DNA from: Candidatus Omnitrophota bacterium | Lineage (GTDB): Bacteria; Omnitrophota; Gorgyraeia; Duberdicusellales; 4484-171 | Direction of reading: 5' to 3' | Assembly (NCBI GenBank): GCA_016935525.1 | Contig: JAFGQU010000015.1 | Location: forward strand, 4,162-68,161 | Length of the DNA: 64,000 nucleotides | Shown here: positions 1 through 9,553 of the stretch, piece after piece | Numbering within the stretch: the stretch's first letter is position 1 | Layout: each line of letters starts with the position of its first letter | Program-made: the position numbers and the translations under genes | Notes under the pieces: generated by a model | The model's input: the letters and a program-made list of their open reading frames with translations, nothing else | Database searches by the model: none | Told to the model about the DNA's origin: nothing

Positions 1-277
1 AAAAACCGTCGGGATATCCTTCCATATCGAAAGGTTCCCATACATCGGAGCCTACGGGATACGTAGAGGTAATATTGTTGAAAAAATCTTCGTCACGATA
101 AGCCCGGGCTTTTATTCCTTCATACGTTGAGGCCACCAGATTGTGCGCGGTAAAAGTATCCCGGGAACGTTCTTCGACCCGCGAGAGGGTAGTCAGCGAG
201 GTATACGTAGCTAACGATACAATAGTAAGAACAAGGGCGCTAATCAGGATCTCGGCAAGAGTGAATGATTTTTTCAT
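1..277 (-). CDS. Type IV pilin-like / minor pseudopilin; the 3' end runs off the window (partial)
   Basis: Minus-strand ORF starting at an ATG near 277 translates to MKKSFTLAEILISALVLTIV..., which has a prepilin-type N-terminal cleavage/methylation motif and hydrophobic helix. It lies directly downstream of pilQ in the same operon orientation. It is absent from the ORF track, presumably because it has no stop codon inside the window. Confidence 0.5.
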   Translation of the reverse strand, partial: MKKSFTLAEILISALVLTIVSLATYTSLTTLSRVEERSRDTFTAHNLVASTYEGIKARAYRDEDFFNNITSTYPVGSDVWEPFDMEGYPDGF

Positions 278-301
278 TACTGGTTACCGTAATCGGTATC
301 A

Positions 302-1792
302 TTAGTCTATGATTTCAGGCGTTACCGCAATAATAAGCTCTTTTTTATCAGAGGTGTTTCTTTCGTATTTAAACAGGTTCCCCAGCATCGGCAACTTGGA
401 TATAAACGGGAGACTATACACATTCTTTTTATCTTCTTCACTGATCAAGCCACCTAACACAAACGATTGGCCGTTTTGAATACGTACGCTGGCTTTGGCC
501 TCCCGGGTACGTACCCAGGGATATTGATCATCGGGACCCCGCCAGGCATAGATAAAACTCACTTCCGGGGCGACCGTTACTACGACAAAATCCTCTTTGA
601 TAATAGAAGGCGTGATCTTGAGCCTGATCCCGGCTTCGACAAAACGCACCTCGGTACTGGCGACCCCGCCGGTCACCGTGGTAATAGTATACGGTACCCG
701 GTCACCGATGAATATTTCGGCTTCTTTTTCATTCATCGCCGTTACCTGAGGATTAGAAAGGATCCGGGCGCGGTTCTGAGTGACCAGCATCCTCAGGATC
801 GCGGAAAATTTTAACGGATCCCGGGACATACGGAAAAACTTGAACGCCTGGGCCACCGAATCGATCTGATTTTCTCCGGTATTATCTACGGGACGTTTGG
901 TCTCCTGGAAGTTTAGTGTCATCGCATCCGACCAATCAATCCCCAGTTCTTTAAGCGCATCCCGGTCGACTTCGATCACTTTCGCGTTCAACAACACCTG
1001 CGGTTGCGGCCGGTCGAGTTCGGTAATAAGCCTTTCGACTTCCTGGATCTGCATCGGGGTACCGGTCACTACGATCGCATTGATATCCTTATTGAACGTG
1101 ATCTCCTCCACGATACCTTTGAGCATTTTTTCAGCATCCTGGGCGCTGATATTGCTCAACTTGATGACCCGGTTGATCAAGCCCATCTCTTTAATCCGTT
1201 CCTGGAGCGAAATAAACAACGTAGTACCGACGATAGTCGAATCGAGCCCATAGGCATGAAAAAGCACCTGTAACGCTTCCTGAGCGGTGACATCTTTTAT
1301 GTGTAGATCTATCTTTTTCCCTTTCACCATGGGGTCGACTACGATATTGAACTGTTCACCGGCAGCGATGACCCGTAACACATCTTCAATATTTGCGTCG
1401 GTAAAATTGAGATCGACGGTTTTCTGTTGAGGCACATCCGGCACTACTGCCGCTTCTTTTTCTTGAGGGATCTCCTCGGCATTGACACTGGGCAGGACGA
1501 TTTCCGCAGCAGGACCGGGATCTTTTTCATCAAGAAGTTGAGGGGCATCCGGCAAAAAGAGCGATTGTTCGGATTCCAGAAGGTCCAGAGACGGTTGGGG
1601 TTGACTCATCTCCATCTCGATCATCCGCTCAACCCCGCTTTTCTGGAATTGGCGCTGGTGAATGATACTTTGGGATAATTCTTCGGCTTCCCGATAAAGG
1701 CCATCCGGCGGCCGGCAAAATGAATTCTGCATGCCGACGGCGATAACGACCGCACATACCGCTAAGACTAGATAGCTATATTTATATTTCAT
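302..1792 (-). CDS. pilQ: Secretin of the type IV pilus / type II secretion system (PilQ/GspD family)
   Basis: 496 aa. N-terminal signal/TM segment, low-complexity PQ-rich linker, and a C-terminal secretin-like region (NPQVTAMNEKEAEIFIGDRVPY...GGLISEEDKKNVYSLPFISKLPMLGNLF). Sits at the distal end of the pilB-pilC-pilMNOP cluster. Confidence 0.8.
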   Translation of the reverse strand: MKYKYSYLVLAVCAVVIAVGMQNSFCRPPDGLYREAEELSQSIIHQRQFQKSGVERMIEMEMSQPQPSLDLLESEQSLFLPDAPQLLDEKDPGPAAEIVLPSVNAEEIPQEKEAAVVPDVPQQKTVDLNFTDANIEDVLRVIAAGEQFNIVVDPMVKGKKIDLHIKDVTAQEALQVLFHAYGLDSTIVGTTLFISLQERIKEMGLINRVIKLSNISAQDAEKMLKGIVEEITFNKDINAIVVTGTPMQIQEVERLITELDRPQPQVLLNAKVIEVDRDALKELGIDWSDAMTLNFQETKRPVDNTGENQIDSVAQAFKFFRMSRDPLKFSAILRMLVTQNRARILSNPQVTAMNEKEAEIFIGDRVPYTITTVTGGVASTEVRFVEAGIRLKITPSIIKEDFVVVTVAPEVSFIYAWRGPDDQYPWVRTREAKASVRIQNGQSFVLGGLISEEDKKNVYSLPFISKLPMLGNLFKYERNTSDKKELIIAVTPEIID

Positions 1793-2265
1793 TCTTTCTG
1801 CCCTCCTATTATTAAGGTTATAATTTCTTTATCTTTCTCTAATAATACTCGGTCTTCCATGATTTTTTTCACAAGAAAACCTTCAGCATATCCCTGTTCC
1901 TGGACTACATAGGTCTCATCCGGACCCTTAATCAACGCCACCGGAGCATCTCCGCCATAAATCCCCATAAGGGTAAGCGTACCGGCCGCCTCGGGATCTC
2001 CTCCGGTACCCATAAAGGTATGCATATCCTTAAACAACGGCCGGAACGGATCCCGGGCAAAGGTGATCTCGGCCGGCGGAGTCCGGATAATCGCCTCAGC
2101 AAGAGACACATCCTGGATATAAGACGGTTTCTCGGTTTTCATATCTTTTTTCGATGATCTTTTCTTGAAAGACAGTTTCCGGCCGATCTGATCACAGCCG
2201 CAAAAACTCAACAGACTGCCGATAATGATCCCGACCACACAACAGGATAGGATATTTTTATTCAT
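1789..2265 (-). CDS. pilP: PilP-like pilus assembly lipoprotein
   Basis: 158 aa. N-terminal signal sequence with Cys residues (LLSFCGCDQ), small size, and position between pilO-like and pilQ. The 4-nt overlaps at both ends suggest translational coupling. Confidence 0.45.
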   Translation of the reverse strand: MNKNILSCCVVGIIIGSLLSFCGCDQIGRKLSFKKRSSKKDMKTEKPSYIQDVSLAEAIIRTPPAEITFARDPFRPLFKDMHTFMGTGGDPEAAGTLTLMGIYGGDAPVALIKGPDETYVVQEQGYAEGFLVKKIMEDRVLLEKDKEIITLIIGGQKE

Positions 2266-2894
2266 GGCTGGACCTCATTTTGCCCTTTTTTAATCAAACT
2301 ATATAGATCTAAATCAAAACTTGATTCAAGGACCGGATACTCTTTTTCGGCAATCACCACGTTACTCACACTCAAAAGCTGACGATGTTCCTGCAACGAC
2401 AAAAGAAACTGGATAATATTTTCGAAAGACCCTTTTATCTTGATGCGAAACGGTGACGACCCTAACGTCAAAGAATCCTGTTGCAATGACGGTTGCTGGC
2501 GGGAAGCGATTTTTTGCTTGCTTTGCCGGATACGGCCGCCGTCAATATCAACGATCTGAGGAGATAACGCTTTTATTTCGATAATGTGAGCATGGAAACG
2601 ATCGGAAGCCGAAGAGATGCCTTCTAAAAAAAGCGGGATATCTTTATCCTGAAAAAGGATCTCCTCGAAACGGGAAATATCGGCCGCATATTGACGGAGA
2701 AACACATCTAACTCGCCGATATCTCGTTGCAACTCTCCTACCCGCTGGCGTTGCGGGAGAAGTTGTTCCTGGACTTTCATATATTCCATATAAAAATATA
2801 CTCCTCCGGCCACAAACGCAGCAGTACACACCACACAGACAAAAAACGTGAGTAATTTAATCGATTTCGTCGATACGGTTTTTCTTTGCATCAA
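2262..2894 (-). CDS. pilO: PilO-like inner-membrane pilus assembly protein
   Basis: 210 aa. A single N-terminal TM helix followed by a coiled-coil region (EYMKVQEQLLPQRQRVGELQRDIGELD), positioned between the pilMN fusion and pilP. Confidence 0.5.
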   Translation of the reverse strand: MMQRKTVSTKSIKLLTFFVCVVCTAAFVAGGVYFYMEYMKVQEQLLPQRQRVGELQRDIGELDVFLRQYAADISRFEEILFQDKDIPLFLEGISSASDRFHAHIIEIKALSPQIVDIDGGRIRQSKQKIASRQQPSLQQDSLTLGSSPFRIKIKGSFENIIQFLLSLQEHRQLLSVSNVVIAEKEYPVLESSFDLDLYSLIKKGQNEVQP

Positions 2895-4408
2895 TCAGTC
2901 CTTTTTTGACCAGACCGATCACTCATACCGGGGATATCCTGAACGATCCGGACTTTCATCTGCATCCCGAACTCCACAAAATCCTCTCCCTCTACTTGAC
3001 GTTCTTTGGTAAAATCGAGTTTTACTTCACTGAAATATCCGGTCTTCTTGAGCGCCCTCATGAAATCAGCCAGCGTATCCAAATAAAAGCTCTTCCCTTC
3101 TATTTTACATTCTCCTTCCCGGCTGAACATAAACGACCCGAGCCAGACCCCTTGAGGGATATTCTCGGCTACGGTCGCAAACGTCTTGGCCCAGGAACGT
3201 CGGTTTAAATTACTGATGACGGTCGCCTGTTTTAATATATTTTCTTTTAATTGTTCATATTGAGCCCGATCGGCACGGAGTTTATCGGTACGTTTTTCCA
3301 ACTCTTCTATCTGACGGGCAAGCCCTTGCTGATATGTATTCAAAGAATTTACCCGCTGGGAGAAGAAAAACATCAATCTTCCGCCTAACAGCAACGTACA
3401 GACCAGATATATAACGCCGAACGTGATGATTTTACGCTGATACTGGCCGGTTTTTTTCTTATTCCAGATCCGCTGAAGGTTGAACCCGTGATGAGCGTTA
3501 CTGGCCAAAGCCATCCCTACCAGAGGGACATAGGTCTGGTTTAATTTAAGGAAATTACGTTTTTTAGAAAAAGTGGTAGTCTTAGATAACTCTAAAGGCA
3601 ACACCTCTTGAGAGAGAAACGCTCCCAGACGTTTCTCAAGATTCGGGGCCCGTTCATTATCCCATACAATGTACATCTGAGGGAACGCGGAATGTTGTTC
3701 TACTTCATAGTACTTAAGGATCCGGCGGATTTCTTCTAACCACAATTTCAATGCCGGTTCATTCAACATACTGGTCTTACTTTGCAGAAGGTCGTTTGTT
3801 CCGGAATTCGCCAGATAGATCCGCTGACAGATCGTGTCGCGCATAATAAGCAGATACGTGATCTGTTGGCAGACGACAAGCACTCCGACATCTTTACCGG
3901 CAGAAAGCCCTTCCGATAAAGAAAGTACGCTTAACGGCACCACATCAAAACCCTGGATAGCACAGCCGGCCGCTTTTAATATCCCTAACGGTACGGCAAA
4001 CACACTTTCCGGTATGGCCAGCGAAAGGACATATACTTTATCTTCTCCGGGCGGCTGATATCTCTGATAACTGTAGTGATATTCCTCGGCGGCAAACCGG
4101 GGTACCCGTTCTATTTCATTCTTTATCGCTTCATGGACTTCTTGAGTCGGCATCACCGGGAGAGTAAGTTCCTGGAACACGATATCCCCGTGACAAATAG
4201 AAAAATATACCTGTCCTAAAGGGATATGATGCTGCCGGAAAAAATCAGTAAGCAGAGAGGCTACCTTTTCGGAATTTTCTTCGTTGAACACATCGCAATC
4301 CGCCTCAAGCGTATGAGCCTGGGTAACGATAAGATTACTGCCTTTTTTCTGCAGACATACGCACTTGATCGTAGTACGACTGAATTCTAAATTGACAATC
4401 ACACTCAT
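2891..4408 (-). CDS. pilMN: PilM-PilN fusion protein (actin-like ATPase-fold PilM fused to a TM/coiled-coil PilN domain)
   Basis: 505 aa. The N-terminal ~300 aa resemble the PilM/FtsA-like fold. This is followed by a basic stretch, one TM helix (IITFGVIYLVCTLLLGG) and a coiled-coil/periplasmic PilN-like domain. Confidence 0.6.
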   Translation of the reverse strand: MSVIVNLEFSRTTIKCVCLQKKGSNLIVTQAHTLEADCDVFNEENSEKVASLLTDFFRQHHIPLGQVYFSICHGDIVFQELTLPVMPTQEVHEAIKNEIERVPRFAAEEYHYSYQRYQPPGEDKVYVLSLAIPESVFAVPLGILKAAGCAIQGFDVVPLSVLSLSEGLSAGKDVGVLVVCQQITYLLIMRDTICQRIYLANSGTNDLLQSKTSMLNEPALKLWLEEIRRILKYYEVEQHSAFPQMYIVWDNERAPNLEKRLGAFLSQEVLPLELSKTTTFSKKRNFLKLNQTYVPLVGMALASNAHHGFNLQRIWNKKKTGQYQRKIITFGVIYLVCTLLLGGRLMFFFSQRVNSLNTYQQGLARQIEELEKRTDKLRADRAQYEQLKENILKQATVISNLNRRSWAKTFATVAENIPQGVWLGSFMFSREGECKIEGKSFYLDTLADFMRALKKTGYFSEVKLDFTKERQVEGEDFVEFGMQMKVRIVQDIPGMSDRSGQKRTD

Positions 4409-4411
4409 AAT

Positions 4412-4783
4412 TTACTCATGGGTATTCGGCCAATTATCACTGGCAAAATGTCCGCTACGGGAAGCACGGTAACCGTTCGTCGTATCGCCTTCCAACGCGT
4501 AATCGACGCCAAACGGACATACCAATTCATCGCCTTCGCCGTCGCCGTCTTCATCAGGCAGATACTGGCTTAATTCTGTAAGGCTGCTGCATTCATCCCA
4601 ATTACGGGTTTCGGAAAAACACATATGGGCCGCAGTATCGATAGTCCGGATATTTGACGCGCATTGCCGGGTATTTGCCTGACGAATAGCTCTGAGAGCA
4701 TTGGGAATAATCATGGTCAATAATATCCCGACAATGACCAATACCACCAAAAGTTCAATGAGCGTAAACCCTTTTTTCTTCAT
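4412..4783 (-). CDS. Type IV pilin / pseudopilin. The start is refined to an internal ATG; the ORF track extends it to 4894.
   Basis: MKKKGFTLIELLVVLVIVGILL is a classical prepilin cleavage/methylation motif with the conserved Glu at +5. A strong SD (AGGAGGAACG) lies 4 nt upstream of the ATG near 4783. The track's longer N-terminus (MRSVKQ...) is probably spurious. Confidence 0.75.
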   Translation of the reverse strand: MKKKGFTLIELLVVLVIVGILLTMIIPNALRAIRQANTRQCASNIRTIDTAAHMCFSETRNWDECSSLTELSQYLPDEDGDGEGDELVCPFGVDYALEGDTTNGYRASRSGHFASDNWPNTHE

Positions 4784-4923
4784 CGTTCCTCCTTTTTTTA
4801 AGAGATGTATACCGTAGCTACAACCCCTCATATGTAGCATATCCTCCTGAGCTTTATCAATGGCCAGAGTAACCTTTTGTTTTACGGACCTCAAGGTACA
4901 TTTTCCCTTTTTTTCAAAACAGT

Positions 4924-6126
4924 TTATCCTTCCAGCCTCCCCCAGAGAGTGAATACCGGAGAATATAATGCGATCAAAATCGCCGCGACGATGATACCGA
5001 TCAACACAATCGCAATAGGTTCAACCATGGTCACGAATTTATTAATACGATAATCGACTTCTTCATCCATGTGGACACCTACTATCTTGAGCATATCCCC
5101 CAATGTCCCGCTCTCCTCCCCGATCGCGATCATCTCGGTCAGAAAAGAAGGGAAAAATTTTGTCGCCGCCATCGCTTCGCTTAAACTGCCTCCGTGAATG
5201 ATCTTTTCTTTAATATAATCGAACTTAGCTTCTATCACTTTATTCGCGGCACTTTTTTTAGCACTCTCGATACTATACACCAAAGGCACTCCTCCGACAA
5301 CAAGAAGAGAGAAGGCATAGGTAAACCGCGCCAACGCCGCGGTGAGTATCAAGTCTCCGATAATAGGGATCTGAAGTTTACAGACATCGATCCGGTACCG
5401 TCCCGATTCGGTCCGGTCATACCGCCGATACCAGAAGATCATCACGATGGCGATAACCGGGATCGACCACCAACAGGTACGGAAAAAATCCGATACGGCA
5501 AGAATCCCTTGAGTAAACAGCGGCAGAGAGACATTCAATTTTGCAAACACCCCACGGAATACCGGTACGACAAAAAACATCATCAGCACAAACACAAATA
5601 CCGCGATCCCTAAGATGATCGTCGGATAGGTCAACGCTTTTTTCATCCGCATCTGCAATTCGCGCTGCCGTTCAAGAAACACTACGATTTTCTTTAAAAT
5701 CTCCGCAAGAACTCCGCCGCGTTCGGCAACCTCAATAAGATTAATATATATAGGAGAAAAGACCTCGGGAAATCGCTTAAGCGCCGTCGAAAGGGATGCC
5801 CCTTTTTCCAGATCATTTTCTATCTCGCTGATCACCAACTGCATGCCTTTATCTTCGGTCTGTTCCCACAGGATATGCAGACAACGCAAGATCGGGATCC
5901 CGGCACTGATCATCGAACTCAGTTTATGAGAAAACAGGATGACCGCATCCAGCGGGATCTTTTGCCCGATCCAGGATATCTGTGTAGGGAATTTTTTGAC
6001 ATAGACTACGAAATACCCGTAATCAGACAGCCGGCGCACAAGGGCCCGTTTATCTTCGGCCTCAAGCGTCCCGGTAAGCAATTTTCCCTGACGGTCTCTT
6101 ACCTTATAAATGAATTTAGTCATCAT
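4924..6126 (-). CDS. pilC: Type IV pilus / T2SS inner-membrane platform protein (PilC/GspF family)
   Basis: 400 aa polytopic membrane protein with the duplicated GspF-type domain organisation (LSSMISAGIPILRCL...; second repeat LLVVGGVPLVYSIESAAKS...). Adjacent to pilB. Confidence 0.85.
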   Translation of the reverse strand: MMTKFIYKVRDRQGKLLTGTLEAEDKRALVRRLSDYGYFVVYVKKFPTQISWIGQKIPLDAVILFSHKLSSMISAGIPILRCLHILWEQTEDKGMQLVISEIENDLEKGASLSTALKRFPEVFSPIYINLIEVAERGGVLAEILKKIVVFLERQRELQMRMKKALTYPTIILGIAVFVFVLMMFFVVPVFRGVFAKLNVSLPLFTQGILAVSDFFRTCWWSIPVIAIVMIFWYRRYDRTESGRYRIDVCKLQIPIIGDLILTAALARFTYAFSLLVVGGVPLVYSIESAKKSAANKVIEAKFDYIKEKIIHGGSLSEAMAATKFFPSFLTEMIAIGEESGTLGDMLKIVGVHMDEEVDYRINKFVTMVEPIAIVLIGIIVAAILIALYSPVFTLWGRLEG

Positions 6127-7895
6127 TAAATCCTTTTCACGAATGCGACCCGCATCACTTCTTCAATGGTCGTGTTTTTTTCCAGCACTTTCTTTAAACC
6201 GCTGGCCTGTAACGTCCGCATGCCCTGGGCGAGGGCGACATCGGAAATCTCTTGTTCGGTAGCCCGGCGCAACACCAGGTCCCTGATCTCCTGAGTGATC
6301 GGCATAATCTCATAAATAGCCGTCCGGCCACGGTACCCTATACCGTTACAATGATCGCACCCTTTGCCTTTGACACATTTTGCCTCGGCGATATTCGGCA
6401 GAAGGTCGGCAATATCCTTCTTTATATCACCGGGGATAGCGATTTCTTCGGCGCAATGGTCACACACTTTTCTCACCAACCGTTGAGCGATGACCGCAAT
6501 CACCGAAGAACTGATGAGAAAAGGTTCAATATTCATATTTAACAGGCGGATAATCGCCGAAGGAGCGTTATTGGTATGAAGAGTCGAAAACACCAGATGC
6601 CCGGTAAGCGCCGCCTGGATGGCGATCTCGGCAGTTTCAACATCACGGATCTCTCCGATCATAACGATATCGGGATCCTGACGCAGGATATGACGCATCC
6701 CGGTAGCAAACGTATAGTTAGCCCGGACATTGACCGCAGTCTGGTTCACCCCTTCCAACTCGTATTCAATGGGATCTTCGACCGTGACGATATTACGAGT
6801 CGTATCATTCAGTTTATTCAATACCGAATAGAGCGTAGTGGTCTTCCCCGAACCGGTCGGACCGGTCACCAGGATAATACCGTAAGGATAAGAAATCAGT
6901 TTTTCGACAATATCCCGTTCCTGCTCGTCAAGGCCTAACGAACCTAAATGAATACGAATACTCTTTTTATCTAAGATACGTAACACTACCTTTTCCCCAT
7001 AAATATCCGGAAGCGTAGATACCCGGATATCATATTCCCGATCGCCGATCATCAATCCTATCCGTCCGTCCTGAGGACGACGCCGTTCGGCGATATCCAT
7101 CCCGGCCATGATCTTGATCCGGGATGTCACCGGGGGTTGTAACCCTTTGGGAACGGTAAATTTCTCATACAGCAACCCGTCAATACGATACCTCACCCGT
7201 ACCCGTTCCCGTTGCGGCTCAAAATGGATATCGGAAGATTCCGATTTAATCGCCTCGGATATTATGGAATTCACTAACTTGACCACCGGAGCTTCTTTGA
7301 CTGCGACCTGAAGGTCCTGAAGGCTCATCTCTTTTTCTCCGGTATCGCCTCTTTTTTCAGTCACGATCTCATGCAGAGCGTCTTCCATATGCTGGAGCGG
7401 GCCGAAACATTTATTAATACAGGTCTCGATTTCTTCCGGAGTCGCCAATACCGGCACGATCTTATATCCACTGAGATACTTTAACCGTTGCAACATATTA
7501 ATATCAAGCGGATCGGTAATAGCTACCGTGAGGGTATCGTCTTTGAGTTTTACCGGTACGATCTTCCATTCGCGCATTTTTTCCGGGAAGAAAATACTGA
7601 CTAATGAGGTATCGACCGATCCTTCGTCTAAATTTACGCACTCCAGGTTGAACTGCTGGGCTAACGCTTCGATCACCTGGCGCTGGGTAGCAAATTCCTG
7701 TTCGATCAATATACTCCCCAGCCGTTGAGAAGTATTTTTTTGGCGTTTTAATGCCGCCACTAACTGTTCTTCGGTGATGATCCCTTTTTTTACTAAATAT
7801 TTTCCGATATTATCCCGTTCTTCGGTCATCGTCACTCCTGGCGCACGCGCCGGTTTATAGTCGATGGGTATTCTCAAGCCACATTCTGTAGGCAT
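6126..7895 (-). CDS. pilB: Type IV pilus assembly / T2SS ATPase (PilB/GspE family)
   Basis: 589 aa. N-terminal GSPII_E_N-like domain, Walker A GPTGSGKTTT, Asp box, Walker B and His box, and a tetracysteine motif (CDHC...CDHCNGIGY). Confidence 0.9.
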   Translation of the reverse strand: MPTECGLRIPIDYKPARAPGVTMTEERDNIGKYLVKKGIITEEQLVAALKRQKNTSQRLGSILIEQEFATQRQVIEALAQQFNLECVNLDEGSVDTSLVSIFFPEKMREWKIVPVKLKDDTLTVAITDPLDINMLQRLKYLSGYKIVPVLATPEEIETCINKCFGPLQHMEDALHEIVTEKRGDTGEKEMSLQDLQVAVKEAPVVKLVNSIISEAIKSESSDIHFEPQRERVRVRYRIDGLLYEKFTVPKGLQPPVTSRIKIMAGMDIAERRRPQDGRIGLMIGDREYDIRVSTLPDIYGEKVVLRILDKKSIRIHLGSLGLDEQERDIVEKLISYPYGIILVTGPTGSGKTTTLYSVLNKLNDTTRNIVTVEDPIEYELEGVNQTAVNVRANYTFATGMRHILRQDPDIVMIGEIRDVETAEIAIQAALTGHLVFSTLHTNNAPSAIIRLLNMNIEPFLISSSVIAVIAQRLVRKVCDHCAEEIAIPGDIKKDIADLLPNIAEAKCVKGKGCDHCNGIGYRGRTAIYEIMPITQEIRDLVLRRATEQEISDVALAQGMRTLQASGLKKVLEKNTTIEEVMRVAFVKRI

Positions 7896-8220
7896 ATTCG
7901 AGAATATCGCTTTTAGTAGTCTTATCGATCGAAATTATTCTTAACCCCATTTCCCAATGATCGTCTTTTGACTGTTTCCAGATGATCTCGCCTTTAGCCG
8001 GGATCAACACCCCTTTACCGGGAAGCGAGATCCTTAGATCGACTTCTTCCTTTTCATTAAGCACATCTTCATTTACCACCAGGCGCATCCCATTACGAGA
8101 GACATCGGTAATCCTCCCCTTTTCCGATAGATGCCCTTTATTATCCACAGCGACCTCGACTGCCAGAGGAATCTCAAAACGGATATATTTCCTTTTTTCA
8201 TCGGTTCTTTCGGCAGGCAT
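7855..8220 (-). CDS. PilZ-domain c-di-GMP receptor protein
   Basis: 121 aa with PilZ signature motifs RKYIR (RxxxR) and DVSRNG (DxSxxG). Located immediately upstream of pilB; the 3' end of the ORF overlaps the annotated pilB start by about 40 nt. Confidence 0.7.
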   Translation of the reverse strand: MPAERTDEKRKYIRFEIPLAVEVAVDNKGHLSEKGRITDVSRNGMRLVVNEDVLNEKEEVDLRISLPGKGVLIPAKGEIIWKQSKDDHWEMGLRIISIDKTTKSDILEYAYRMWLENTHRL

Positions 8221-8228
8221 AATTCCTT

Positions 8229-8417
8229 TTACCCCTCCCCTTCACAGATTCGTTTTAATCGTCTCACATCTTCCTCAGTGTACTGCCGCCATTTGTTAAT
8301 GGGATTACGTTTAGAACGCGGGAAGATACCTTTTTTCTCATACCGTAAGATCGTTGATTTAGAAATTCCCAATTCTTCGGCGACCCGTTCTATAGTATAT
8401 CGCTGTTTTTTCGTCAT
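8229..8417 (-). CDS. Stand-alone MerR-superfamily helix-turn-helix DNA-binding protein (HTH only, no effector domain)
   Basis: 62 aa. YTIERVAEELGISKSTILRYEKKGIFPRSKRNPINKWRQYTEEDVRRL matches the MerR N-terminal HTH pattern (RYYE-like, G-Y-R-Y). It is the first gene of the pilus operon. Confidence 0.55.
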   Translation of the reverse strand: MTKKQRYTIERVAEELGISKSTILRYEKKGIFPRSKRNPINKWRQYTEEDVRRLKRICEGEG

Positions 8418-8464
8418 CTGAACTATCCTGCTATAGTTTGACTATATCTGAACAACTATAGTTT
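8418..8464. promoter_or_regulatory. Direct-repeat candidate operator: two CTGAAC-N7/8-CTATAG units plus a central CTATAT, immediately upstream of the MerR-like gene
   Basis: Visible in the sequence: ctgaactatcctgCTATAGtttgaCTATATctgaacaaCTATAGttta. CTATAG is itself palindromic, and the copies are spaced about one helical turn apart. Confidence 0.3.
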
Positions 8465-8640
8465 ATCTTAAAATAGGATGAGCCGTCAAGACATATCTTT
8501 ACAAAAAAACCCTTTATTTCCCATATTTTGGGGTAGACCGATATACCCCCTACATATTGCCGAAACGCTTATTTTAGCTTGTAAATATTAGCTTTTTAAA
8601 AGGGCCGGGAAGGAAAAAGGAAGGTTTTCTCACCCAGTAA

Positions 8641-9552
8641 TTATTTTTTCAGATGATTATGGATATAATCCGAAATCCCTGCCTCCAGGGTATATTGACA
8701 TTGAATATTCAATGTTTGAGCAAGAACGGTCGTGTCGGCTTCGGTATGGTCTTGATAGGCTACCGAATACGGATTGGGGAAATATTCCGGCGGTAAATCT
8801 TTATTGAGGACGCCGTTCAATACCTCGATAATATCGTTAAAACTACGGGGTTTACCTGTCCCCACATTAAGGACCATCGGAGTATCGATCTCTAACGCTT
8901 TTATGGTTATGTGGGCGACGTCTTTTACATAAATAAAGTCGCGCCGTTGCTGGCCGCACTCAAACACCCGGGGCGATGTATTCTCTTTCATCTGGAGATA
9001 GAGCTGGTAGATCATACTGCTGGATGCCCCTTTATGATATTCATAAGGCCCGTACACGTTAAAATAACGTAATCCTACCAGGGGAATACATCCTTTTTGC
9101 TGAGCGGCTTGTCTGGCCTTTACATCACAGAGATATTTCGAATAGGCGTAGGTATTCAAAGGCAACGGTTTTTGAGTCTCTTTCATAGGCGAAGATCCCG
9201 ATCCATACACTCCGGCACTTGATGCGTATACCAGACGGATACGCTTGACCTGACAGAATTCCAGGACATTCTTAAATCCTTCATAATTCACCGTCATCAT
9301 CTTGGCATCATCGGGTAACGTAGTATCGGTAATTGCCGCTTCATGGATCACCGCGTCAAGTTTGGGTAATTTTTTGAACGTATCTTCTGATGAGACATCG
9401 CCACAGATCACTTCACAATTTAAATCGAGAATATTTTTAAAATGAGCATGAGAAAAATCATCAAGAATAAAGACTTCATGGCCCTGCCCTTTAAGGATCC
9501 GGGCAACATTTGAACCGATAAATCCCGCACCGCCGGTCACCAGGATCTTCAT
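8641..9552 (-). CDS. hldD: ADP-L-glycero-D-manno-heptose 6-epimerase
   Basis: 303 aa extended SDR. GGAGFIGSN Rossmann motif, YxxxK catalytic motif, and HldD-like motifs YFNVYGPYEYHKG and RDFIYVKDV that closely resemble E. coli HldD/RfaD. Confidence 0.8.
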   Translation of the reverse strand: MKILVTGGAGFIGSNVARILKGQGHEVFILDDFSHAHFKNILDLNCEVICGDVSSEDTFKKLPKLDAVIHEAAITDTTLPDDAKMMTVNYEGFKNVLEFCQVKRIRLVYASSAGVYGSGSSPMKETQKPLPLNTYAYSKYLCDVKARQAAQQKGCIPLVGLRYFNVYGPYEYHKGASSSMIYQLYLQMKENTSPRVFECGQQRRDFIYVKDVAHITIKALEIDTPMVLNVGTGKPRSFNDIIEVLNGVLNKDLPPEYFPNPYSVAYQDHTEADTTVLAQTLNIQCQYTLEAGISDYIHNHLKK

Positions 9553-9553
9553 C

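Noticed and set aside
467-1678. Several 80-120-aa plus-strand ORFs (467-814, 897-1253, 1004-1273, 1427-1678) inside pilQ
   Set aside because: All are antisense to a confidently assigned secretin gene, have no domain-like sequence and no ribosome-binding sites. They are spurious frames.
8418-8640. Searched this 220-bp gap for a Rho-independent terminator after hldD or a small RNA gene
   Set aside because: No GC-rich hairpin followed by a U-tract was found on the minus strand. Only the direct-repeat boxes near the MerR-like start (reported as a feature) stand out.
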